Of a stretch of DNA of 29,759 bases, positions 10,524 to 17,925 are shown piece after piece. Both the position numbers and the translations under genes were made by a program. The stretch is taken from assembly GCA_038331535.1 (NCBI GenBank), contig JBBQPD010000001.1:1-29759 (forward strand), written 5' to 3'. A model generated the notes under the pieces. The model saw only the letters and a list, made by a program, of their open reading frames with translations, was not told where the DNA came from and searched no databases. The DNA is from Gemmatales bacterium. Lineage in GTDB: Bacteria; Planctomycetota; Planctomycetia; Gemmatales; Gemmataceae. Every line of letters starts with the position of its first letter. Within the stretch, counting starts at the first letter, position 1.

Positions 10524-10642
10524 GGACTCGTCATCCTGTGGGAAAACATCGGGTTATTCGAGTAGTTTACGGAGGAGCGCGGGGGGAGGCAAACGGGCCG
10601 AGAAGGCCGCCGTGCGCGGAGTAAGCGACGGAGGAGCGGGGC

Positions 10643-10670
10643 TTGACTTGTGGGGCCAAAAGGTTACGAT
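10643..10670 (+). promoter_or_regulatory. Sigma70-type promoter of the 10688-11546 module
   Basis: TTGACT (10643-10648) - 16 nt - TACGAT (10665-10670), followed by GGAGG and ATG 10688. Confidence 0.6.
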
Positions 10671-10687
10671 GCCGAGGGAGGTGGGTC

Positions 10688-11122
10688 ATGAGCGATGCGA
10701 CGGGAAATGGGCGGGATGCACTGGATTTCGCCAGTGCGCTCGGTGCCGAAGCTGCGTTTTGGACACAATGCCTTCGCATCTACATCCCGAACTAAGATCA
10801 GACCGGCAAGGAAACGGGCAATCAGCGGAAGTGGGTTTTGGAAGCAATGGAATTGCTGGCAACGATGAACGGCGGCGCGACGGCCATGCCGCAAGTCGAA
10901 GGCGGTTGGCTGAACGACAAAGGCGAACTGATCTGGGAAAATCCCGTCGTCGTGTACTCTTTTGTCGAGAACGACAAGTTTCTCAAAGACCTTCCACGAC
11001 TGTGAGAATTCATGCACCGCATGGGGCGTGAGACGAACCAAGGTGAAATCGCGTTTGAGTTCGCGGGACAGTTCTATCGCATTCGCACATTCGACGCACC
11101 AAATGGGGCTGACCATGAATAA
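10688..11122 (+). pseudogene. Hypothetical protein (possible PII/DUF3574-like fold) with two in-frame nonsense codons
   Basis: One 145-codon frame from ATG 10688 to TAA 11120-11122, protein-like throughout (QCLRIYIPN*DQTG...WVLEAMELLATMNGGATAMPQVEGGWLNDKGELIWENPVVVYSFV...PRL*EFMHRMGRETNQGEIAFEF). Internal TAA 10793-10795 and TGA 11003-11005. Not in the ORF track. Confidence 0.8.
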
Positions 11123-11546
11123 ACCTATCCGGGTGAAAGAATCGACGCAGAAGCCGATTCGGGTTGTCGGCTCGACCCAACCACGTCTCGATCCAGCCGA
11201 GGTGGCGCGGGCGCTCGGGGGCGAACCGACCGAGGTCACGAGAGGTTCTGCTCCGGCCCCGCTGAGTCTGTTCGCCATGCGTGGGGAGTTGTTCAACCGT
11301 CTGCACTCGAGCGGCGGCCGGCCCGCGCTGGAGGGAACGTCGCGTAGGCCGAAGATTCCTCTGAGCGAGCAGGATTGGCAACAGCTCGAAAACCTGGCGG
11401 CGTCCCTCGCCTCGGCCGACTGTGCGCCTTCCGCCGGTCAGGTGGCGAGCGTTCTGCTCAGTCGCGCGCTGCGCGAGTTGGCCGCGCAAGGGGCCGACGA
11501 AAAGCTGGCCGCGGCGCTGGCCCAGGAAGCGGCGAAGTCGGATTGA
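11115..11546 (+). CDS. Hypothetical protein (143 aa), antitoxin-like partner of the upstream pseudogene
   Basis: ATG 11115 overlaps the pseudogene end by 8 nt; segment RRPKIPLSEQDWQQLENLAASL...SAGQVASVLLSRAL resembles a ribbon-helix-helix. Confidence 0.7.
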   Translation: MNKPIRVKESTQKPIRVVGSTQPRLDPAEVARALGGEPTEVTRGSAPAPLSLFAMRGELFNRLHSSGGRPALEGTSRRPKIPLSEQDWQQLENLAASLASADCAPSAGQVASVLLSRALRELAAQGADEKLAAALAQEAAKSD

Positions 11547-11552
11547 TTTCCA

Positions 11553-11647
11553 AACCTCTCCCCCCACCCCCTCCCCTGCAAAGGGAGGGGCCAAACGCCT
11601 GTCTTTTCCCCCTTCCCTCGTAGGGAAGGGGGCCGGGGGGTTAGGTT
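11553..11647. repeat. REP-like double hairpin between convergent genes
   Basis: Imperfect hairpin cccctcccctgcaaagggagggg (about 11567-11590) and perfect cccccttccct-cgt-agggaaggggg (11608-11632), framed by aacct / aggtt. Confidence 0.75.
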
Positions 11648-11659
11648 GCGAAACGACGC

Positions 11660-12256
11660 CTACTCGGTAGCACGCGCGGATGACGCCGCCAGCGTCGTGA
11701 CAATTCGGCGGTCGGGAACCAGCCAGATCACCGCCACCACGGCGTAAAGACAGCAGGCCGCCACCGGCTCAAAGAATGCCACCGTGATGGCCAGGATGTA
11801 AATCAGCAGCGAGAGATTGCCTTTCAAGTCGCTGCCGAGCGCCGCCGCCAGCGCCGATTCCCGGCCGTGCAGAGCGACGAGGGCGCGGGTCAACAGCGAA
11901 TACGCGAAGCCGGACAGCAGCAGCACGACGCCGTAAGCCGCGACCGGCAGCTGCGCGAAGCGGGTCGCTCCCATCCAGGCCGTCACGAACGGCGTCAGCG
12001 ACAACCAAAACAGTAGGTGCAAATTGGCCCACAGCACCCAGCCGTTGACTCGGGTTGCCGCCTGCAACAGATGGTGATGGTTGTTCCAGTAGATGCCGAC
12101 AAAGACGAAGCTCAGGAGATAACTGAGCAACGCCGGCACCAGCGCTTGCAGCGCCTGCCACTCGGCGTTGAGGGGCGGCTTCAGTTCCAGCACCATGATG
12201 GTGAGGATGATCGCCAGCACGCCGTCGCTGAATGCCTCCAAGCGCCCCTTGCTCAT
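11660..12256 (-). CDS. TMEM175-family potassium channel (DUF1211)
   Basis: Signature RLEAFSDGVLAIILTIMVL, IYWNNHHHL, and about six hydrophobic helices; the conserved region begins at ATG 12256. Confidence 0.92.
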   Translation of the reverse strand: MSKGRLEAFSDGVLAIILTIMVLELKPPLNAEWQALQALVPALLSYLLSFVFVGIYWNNHHHLLQAATRVNGWVLWANLHLLFWLSLTPFVTAWMGATRFAQLPVAAYGVVLLLSGFAYSLLTRALVALHGRESALAAALGSDLKGNLSLLIYILAITVAFFEPVAACCLYAVVAVIWLVPDRRIVTTLAASSARATE

Positions 12257-12400
12257 TCCCTGTCCCCGGGGCGATTTCCACGGCGTCGTTAGAACGCAGT
12301 CTACGGACGCGGCGGGAAGAGGCCAACGGGGCCAGCGTAGTGGGAACAGAAGCGGGATTGGGGTACAATCACGGACATCCACGATCAGGGAGGCTCCGAG

Positions 12401-13048
12401 ATGAAGGTTCACGATTGGACTCGCGTCGAGGGCGGGGTCTTTCACGACTTTCACCTGTCGTGGGTCGTCCACCTGTGTACGTCGCTGAACCACCTTTTAC
12501 CGCCCGATCACTACGCCCGTATCGAACCGCACATGAAGAAAGCGTTGGTGGATTTGCTCGTCGATTTTCCTGACGTTCCATCGGACGCGAAAGGAAGTCG
12601 CCGCACGCTCACCATCCGGCACATTACCGGCCACCGCATTATCGCCCTGGTGGAGATTATTTCCCCCTCGAACAAGAGCGGAGAAAGGGGCGTCGCCGAG
12701 TTCGTGCAGAAGGCGGTCGCGGCCCTGCGGTCGCGGATTCACTTGGTCTTCGTCGATCTGTTTCCGCCGGGAAGGCACGACCCGCAAGGAATGCATGCCG
12801 CGATCTGGGAACACCTCGACGCCGAGGCTTACGAACTGCCCGCGGACCAACCGTTGACTCTCGCGTCCTACGCCGCCGGGACGGAAACGACCGCGTATGT
12901 CGAGCACCGCGCCGTCGGCGACCCGATGCCGGTTATGCCGCTGTTCCTCACCGGCGAGCGCTACGTGAACCTGCCGCTGGCATCGACCTATGAGGCGACG
13001 TTTTGCGGTCTGCCGGACTTCTGGATTGATGTGCTGGACAAAGCTTGA
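12401..13048 (+). CDS. DUF4058 family protein (restriction-endonuclease-like fold)
   Basis: HDWTRVEGGVFHDFHLSW N-terminus, VEIISPSNK motif, IHLVFVDL; RBS gggagg. Confidence 0.88.
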   Translation: MKVHDWTRVEGGVFHDFHLSWVVHLCTSLNHLLPPDHYARIEPHMKKALVDLLVDFPDVPSDAKGSRRTLTIRHITGHRIIALVEIISPSNKSGERGVAEFVQKAVAALRSRIHLVFVDLFPPGRHDPQGMHAAIWEHLDAEAYELPADQPLTLASYAAGTETTAYVEHRAVGDPMPVMPLFLTGERYVNLPLASTYEATFCGLPDFWIDVLDKA

Positions 13049-13197
13049 AAGACGAAAGGGAACCGTGAAGTAACGGCGCACCGTGATCTCGGCGGCCGGT
13101 TGACGGTCGCGCAGGGCGGATTCAAAGAGTGAGACAGAGGCAGGGAGGGGGTTACGGTGTCGTGAAACGGGCCGTGTCCTGCCGCCGCTCCGGGCCA

Positions 13198-13299
13198 TTA
13201 CGAATGCGGCTGTTTGCCGCGCACCCAGACGAAATACATCGTGCCGACGAGCATCGTTCCCAGAGAACCCACGACCACGCCCAACAGTACCGGATCCAT
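13198..13299 (-). CDS. 33-aa single-pass small membrane protein
   Basis: MDPVLLGVVVGSLGTMLVGTMYFVWVRGKQPHS*; RBS ggag 10 nt upstream; hydrophobic core followed by a basic tail; below the ORF-track size cutoff. Confidence 0.6.
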   Translation of the reverse strand: MDPVLLGVVVGSLGTMLVGTMYFVWVRGKQPHS

Positions 13300-13381
13300 G
13301 ACCAGATCTCCGCTTGTGCCAGATTAAGGGCGAACGAATTGCACAAGCATAGGTCAAAAACCGTGATCGGGCGTCTGTCGA

Positions 13382-13948
13382 TTACACGTCGAACACTTCG
13401 TTCACCGCCATGCGCCAGCCCGGCACCGCTGGTGCCGCTTCCGCCGTGTCGCCGCGGCGACAAATCGTCGGCTGATCGGGGGTATCGAGTTTGTACACGG
13501 CGACCGTTTCCGCGATCGGGTCCACGTTCCAGACGACGAGCGTGCCGGCCTCGAAGTAGTCGGCGCGCTTCGCCGCCATCTCGCGCTCTGCGGCGGGACC
13601 GTAGTCATTTTCGCTGCGCACCTCGACGGCGAACTGCGGCGCCCCTTCGATGAAGCGCATGAGATTGGCTGGCAGCGGTCCCTCGTAATACGAAGTGTCA
13701 GGAGAAAACGATTCGCGGCCCGAGGACAATTCGAGGACTGCATAGGCACTGCCGTCGGTCTTTGCCACGCCGCGTCCGGATTTCTTGGCGTGGCTCCGAA
13801 GGTTGACATAAATGTTCGCAGCAACTTCGGTCGGGAGGTGGCCACTTCCCATGATCTGCACGATCCTCCCGTTAATGAGTTCAGCCTTGCCCTCGATCCC
13901 ATTTAGGTCGTCCAGAGTAGCGCGGGGCGGTGCAGTCGGTGCGGACAT
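13382..13948 (-). CDS. Uma2 family endonuclease (DUF820)
   Basis: KAELINGRIV, SPDTSYY, PQFAVEVRSEND, KRADYFEAGTLVVWNVDP; RBS aaaggag before ATG 13948. Confidence 0.92.
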   Translation of the reverse strand: MSAPTAPPRATLDDLNGIEGKAELINGRIVQIMGSGHLPTEVAANIYVNLRSHAKKSGRGVAKTDGSAYAVLELSSGRESFSPDTSYYEGPLPANLMRFIEGAPQFAVEVRSENDYGPAAEREMAAKRADYFEAGTLVVWNVDPIAETVAVYKLDTPDQPTICRRGDTAEAAPAVPGWRMAVNEVFDV

Positions 13949-13979
13949 GGCAGCTCCTTTCGTCTCAGACCTTTTGGAA

Positions 13980-14627
13980 TCATGCTTCCAATTCCGCGAA
14001 CAAATCGCGCAGCGGCAACACAAATCCAGGCAATACCGGATCGCCGGTCAAGGTTTGATCCTGGCGCAGCACGACGGACTGATCGGGGGCCGTGAAGACT
14101 TCGACGGTCCGTGCCACGGGATCGACGTACCACACGAGAAGGACTCCCGCTCCGAAATAATCGTGCAGTTTGCGATCCATCTCCTGCGCCGTGTTACTCG
14201 GACTCAGCACCTCAACCGCCAGGTCCGGGCCGGATATCAGCATGGGGATTCGCGGAATGCGCCGGCTGGGAAAGTGCCGCCAGGAAATGAACAAAACATC
14301 GGGGATACGGACCAGACCGGGAGCCAGGCGCGCCATGCCGTCTGAGCCGAGGACAAAACCAAGCCGATGGATAATGACAAAATCACCGAGCGCCCGAACG
14401 ATAAAAGCCGCAAGGAAGTATTCTTGCAATCCCATGGCCTTTTCCACCAGCACGCCGTCTACCAACTCGAACAAACGCTTGTCCCGATCGTGAATGTCGA
14501 TCACGTCTTGCTCGGTGGCCGTACCGGGAGGTGGATCCTGGCGAATACGCCGGTGTGCAATCGGCCCGAAGTGGGCCAGCAGATCGGCAACGGTCCACTC
14601 GGTCGGCATGGTCGCGGTGGTGGTCAT
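13980..14627 (-). CDS. Uma2 family endonuclease (DUF820)
   Basis: LFELVDGVLVEKAMG, RIPDVLFIS, PDLAVEVLSPSNT, KLHDYFGAGVLLVWYVDP; RBS gggag before ATG 14627. Confidence 0.92.
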   Translation of the reverse strand: MTTTATMPTEWTVADLLAHFGPIAHRRIRQDPPPGTATEQDVIDIHDRDKRLFELVDGVLVEKAMGLQEYFLAAFIVRALGDFVIIHRLGFVLGSDGMARLAPGLVRIPDVLFISWRHFPSRRIPRIPMLISGPDLAVEVLSPSNTAQEMDRKLHDYFGAGVLLVWYVDPVARTVEVFTAPDQSVVLRQDQTLTGDPVLPGFVLPLRDLFAELEA

Positions 14628-14660
14628 GTAATCAACTCCCCATGATCCTGCGCCTATCTG

Positions 14661-14703
14661 CCGCTTGCGGCTTAGCGGTCCGCTGCCGCTAAGCCGCAAG
14701 CGG
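14661..14703. repeat. Palindrome family A, copy 1 (REP-like)
   Basis: ccgcttgcggcttagcgg - tccgctg - ccgctaagccgcaagcgg; perfect 18-bp stem. Confidence 0.95.
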
Positions 14704-14737
14704 AAAACAATTACCATTCTACCCGACGTTTCCTCGT

Positions 14738-16030
14738 TCACGCCACCTCGGCCAGCGCCTCCTGCGCCGCGCCGATCGTCTGTTCGACCTCCTTGTCGCC
14801 GTGGCGGATCGACAGGAACGCCGCCTCGAACTGGCTGCACGGCAGGTAGACGCCGCGGTCCATCATCGCCCAGAAAAAGCGGCCGAACTTCGCCGCGTCG
14901 CTCTGCTTCGCCGTGTCGTAATCCGCCACCGCGCTTCCCGTAAAGAACAGCGTCCACATGCTGCCGAGGCGGTTCAGCCGGTGCGGCACTCCCGCCGCTG
15001 TCGCCGCCTTTGTCAAACCGTCCGCCAATTTCGCCGTCTGCTGCTCCAGCTTCGCGTAAGGCGGATGGTCGCGCAGCTCCTGCAAGGTGGCGATGCCGGC
15101 GGCCATGGCGACGGGGTTGCCCGACAGCGTGCCGGCCTGGAACACCGGCCCGGCCGGCATGACCTGCGACATCACGTCGAGCCGCCCGCCGTAAGCGCCG
15201 ACCGGAAAGCCGCCGCCGACGATCTTGCCCAGCACCGTCAGGTCCGGCATCTGTTTGTAAAGCTGCTGCGCTCCGCCGTAGGACAGCCGAAAGCCGGTCA
15301 TCACCTCGTCGTAGATCAGCAGCGCCCCGTGCTTCTCGGTCAGCTGGCGCAGAGCGGACAGGAACCCGTCGGTCGGCGTGACCAGGCCCATGTTGCCCGG
15401 CACCGGCTCAACGATGACGCCGGCGATGCGCGCGCCGTGGGCCGCGAAGGCGTCGGCCAGTCCCTGGGCGTCGTTGTAGCGCAGCGACAGCGTGTCGGCG
15501 GTGCAGCCCTTCGGCACGCCGGGGCTGTTGGGGACGCCGAGCGTGGTGGCGCTGGAACCGGCCTGGACGAGCAGGCTATCGACGTGGCCGTGATAGCAGC
15601 CGGCGAACTTGACAATGACGTCGCGGCCGGTGAAGCCGCGCGCCAGGCGAATGGCGCTCATCGACGCCTCGGTGCCGCTCGACACCATGCGCACCATCTC
15701 GATGGACGGCACGGCGGCAATGACGAGGTCGGCCATCTGCGTCTCGGCCTCGGTGGGCGCGCCGAACGACGCCCCGCGCCGCACCGCCTCCTCGACGGCG
15801 GCGACGACGCGCGGATGGGCGTGGCCGAGGATCAGCGGCCCCCACGAGCCGATGTAGTCGAGGTACTGGTAGCCGTCGATGTCGAAGAGGTACGCCCCCT
15901 CGCCGCGCGCGATGAAGAGCGGTTCGCCGCCGACGCCGCCGAACGCCCGCGCCGGGCTATTGACGCCCCCGGGGATGACGCGCCGGGCGCGCTGGAAGGC
16001 CTCACGACTGCGGACGCGGTTGGGTTTCAT
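14738..16030 (-). CDS. hemL: Glutamate-1-semialdehyde 2,1-aminomutase
   Basis: 430 aa; IPGGVNSPARAF, YIGSWGPLILGH, SGTEASMSAIRLARG, YHGHVD, DEVMTGFR, LGKIVGGG, AGTLSGNP. Confidence 0.97.
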   Translation of the reverse strand: MKPNRVRSREAFQRARRVIPGGVNSPARAFGGVGGEPLFIARGEGAYLFDIDGYQYLDYIGSWGPLILGHAHPRVVAAVEEAVRRGASFGAPTEAETQMADLVIAAVPSIEMVRMVSSGTEASMSAIRLARGFTGRDVIVKFAGCYHGHVDSLLVQAGSSATTLGVPNSPGVPKGCTADTLSLRYNDAQGLADAFAAHGARIAGVIVEPVPGNMGLVTPTDGFLSALRQLTEKHGALLIYDEVMTGFRLSYGGAQQLYKQMPDLTVLGKIVGGGFPVGAYGGRLDVMSQVMPAGPVFQAGTLSGNPVAMAAGIATLQELRDHPPYAKLEQQTAKLADGLTKAATAAGVPHRLNRLGSMWTLFFTGSAVADYDTAKQSDAAKFGRFFWAMMDRGVYLPCSQFEAAFLSIRHGDKEVEQTIGAAQEALAEVA

Positions 16031-16054
16031 AGCGAATGATCCTGGGTACTGAAA

Positions 16055-16399
16055 TTAAGGCGCCAGCCCTAACCTGATCCGCGCCTCCTGTCGCACGAAC
16101 TCGGTATGACGTAAAGCTGATTTCAGCCGCCGCCCGGTAGTGCGCACGCCAGGATAGCGATACTCCACGGCGTACCGCGTGAGGGACTTCAAACCGCGCC
16201 GAAGGGTTCGGAGTGTGGCGTCATGTGGCAGGAGCAAGTTGAGAAGACCCTTGAGATCATGTGTCTTTGGAACGGGGTCGCCGCTTTCTTGCAGGAGGGC
16301 TTTGAGAGATTTTCCCGCTGCCTGTTGGCAATGGGAGCACGCCAGATCGAGCAGAGGGGGCCTGAGTGCGGCCAGCGCTATCGCTCCCTTCCAGTCGTC
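16055..16399 (-). pseudogene. HEPN-domain protein (MNT-HEPN TA type), 5'-truncated and eroded
   Basis: SHCQQAAGKSLKA (typical consensus FHxQQAAEKxLKA), PKTHDL, LTRYAVEYRYPG. No plausible start codon; the frame runs into an AT-rich segment and then a 35-bp inverted repeat. Confidence 0.8.
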
Positions 16400-16424
16400 A
16401 TTGTATATCAGCCCGTCTTCACCA

Positions 16425-16504
16425 GGGTGGACGGGGTTGAGGTACTCCGAAACCCCGGCTATTACGACGGCCGGGGCTTCGGGATACTTCAGCCCCGGCC
16501 ACCC
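16425..16504. repeat. 35-bp imperfect inverted repeat, family B (REP/MITE-like)
   Basis: Left arm 16425-16459 vs reverse complement of 16470-16504: 29/35 identical; 10-nt spacer. Confidence 0.85.
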
Positions 16505-16605
16505 ACCGCACGAGAAGAAGAATGAGGACAAAAGAGGAGGGAAATAGTGGGCATGTTCATCTATCGCAGGCGACAACTGAAACTGACCCCTTTTACACTT
16601 TCATG

Positions 16606-17679
16606 TTAGAGATTCAACTGCTGTCGAAGATGATCGAAAACCAATCTCCGCTGCTCCAAGCTCTCAGCCGTCGTTTCCACCCTGAGCCCAAGCGGCGGCC
16701 CTTCACCTGTAATCACAACTTGGAGATCGGCTTCATTCTCCTTGGCCAAGCGAATTCCTTTCTGGCTACCGGCCGATTTGTCATAATAAACGAGCCGAAC
16801 GAACGCACTCCGGGCAAGTCGGTTCACAACCTGTTCCCAACCGTGGGGCCGGTGGTGGCTCTCCTGTAGTTTGATCTTCTTCTCCGGAGAAGTGTCGCAA
16901 GAAGGTGGCCAATCGACTCCGGGGGCCTCCAATAATTGTGCCGCAATCTCTCCCAAGAGATTTCCACAAACGATTTCTTTGCCGCCCTCTTCAGCCGATT
17001 CTAGTAGCATTTCCAATCGACCGTCGGCTTTCAGCAAGCCTGCAACTTCGGATCGCGGAAGGCATTCTCCGCCAGCAATCTTGCGCAACAGAGCTTTTCC
17101 AGACCCTTCGCGGAGCCAGTCCGGTGCAAGGCTAATCGGCAGTGGTTCGAGTTTGATGAGTTGTTTGAATTGCTCGTAGATATAATATACCGGCGCCCCT
17201 AACAGTGCCCCAATCAAGTTGGCAATAGCAATCTCTGCCTTGAAGCCACCAGTCGCAGCTATGGCTACCTCACCGCTCGTATGCCCAGATCGAATTTCTT
17301 CTGCCAGGACTCGTACCAGTTGGCCAAGACCACGGTTAAACGTGTCAGCGTCAGTATAATTGAGTTCATGCACCTGCCGAGATTCGGCTTGCAATTTGTT
17401 CTGCCGCGCGTACTCCTTCAACCGCTCCGCACAGTACTGCCCGTCAGGGGTGTGGGAATGTACAAGCAGAACCTTTTCTCCATTTGGTTCGGTGAGAATA
17501 CCAAGCTTCGCCCAAGTATGAATCTCTGCGCTGGCCCGCTCTGGAGGTGCTGTGGTGAGCCAGGGAAGGACGCCGGTCGGTTCGGGAAACTTCTCCCCGA
17601 AACGCCATCCTGCCCACGGTCGATCATCTCGACTATTTGTCAACAGCGATGTTCCGACTGTCGTAATTATCGTCCGCAT
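16606..17679 (-). CDS. Stand-alone CARF-domain protein, APE2256/Sso1393-like family, with unassigned C-terminal domain
   Basis: 357 aa from ATG 17679 (RBS gggag); IITTVGTSLL, SAEI, HSHTPDGQYCAERL, ATGGFKAE and VYYIYEQF are APE2256-type CARF motifs; A/T-richer codon usage than neighbours. Confidence 0.88.
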   Translation of the reverse strand: MRTIITTVGTSLLTNSRDDRPWAGWRFGEKFPEPTGVLPWLTTAPPERASAEIHTWAKLGILTEPNGEKVLLVHSHTPDGQYCAERLKEYARQNKLQAESRQVHELNYTDADTFNRGLGQLVRVLAEEIRSGHTSGEVAIAATGGFKAEIAIANLIGALLGAPVYYIYEQFKQLIKLEPLPISLAPDWLREGSGKALLRKIAGGECLPRSEVAGLLKADGRLEMLLESAEEGGKEIVCGNLLGEIAAQLLEAPGVDWPPSCDTSPEKKIKLQESHHRPHGWEQVVNRLARSAFVRLVYYDKSAGSQKGIRLAKENEADLQVVITGEGPPLGLRVETTAESLEQRRLVFDHLRQQLNL

Positions 17680-17790
17680 AATCTTCTCCCGGGACGCAGA
17701 CAGTTGCGCTGCAGCGCAGGCGAAGTTTTTCGTGGCCGAACAACCGATTCTCCACACCGGCGCCGGTAGCGTTATGACCCTCTTCGACTC

Positions 17791-17820
17791 AGTACAACAC
17801 GACAGCATTCCTCCTGTCAA
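17791..17820 (-). promoter_or_regulatory. Candidate sigma70 promoter for the CARF gene
   Basis: Perfect TTGACA (plus strand 17815-17820), 18-nt spacer, weak TGTACT -10 with an upstream TG. Confidence 0.35.
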
Positions 17821-17925
17821 GCGCCCGTTTCCGATCACTCCGCGATTTTCGTGCTCGGGCCGCCTCCCGCTGGGACACGACTCGCCCCGCGCTCCCCTAT
17901 CGGGTCGCGGCAAAACGATGAATCC

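Noticed and set aside
10688-11122. Stop-codon recoding or selenocysteine as explanation for the internal stops
   Set aside because: Two different stops (TAA and TGA) are involved, both terminate conserved genes in this window, and no SECIS-like hairpin was seen.
13049-13197. Possible structured RNA (6S- or SRP-like) between DUF4058 and the small peptide
   Set aside because: Only a short ggcagg/cctgcc stem was found; no long rod or SRP motif. An Rfam/Infernal search would be needed.
14801-16039. 412-aa ORF on the + strand
   Set aside because: Antisense shadow of hemL.
16400-16576. N-terminal extension of the 173-aa HEPN ORF
   Set aside because: It is a translation of the 35-bp inverted repeat and intergenic sequence, not protein-like.
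17680-17913. 78-aa N-terminal extension of the CARF ORF
   Set aside because: The CARF fold starts at MRTIITTVGTS with an RBS directly before 17679; the extension covers the promoter region.
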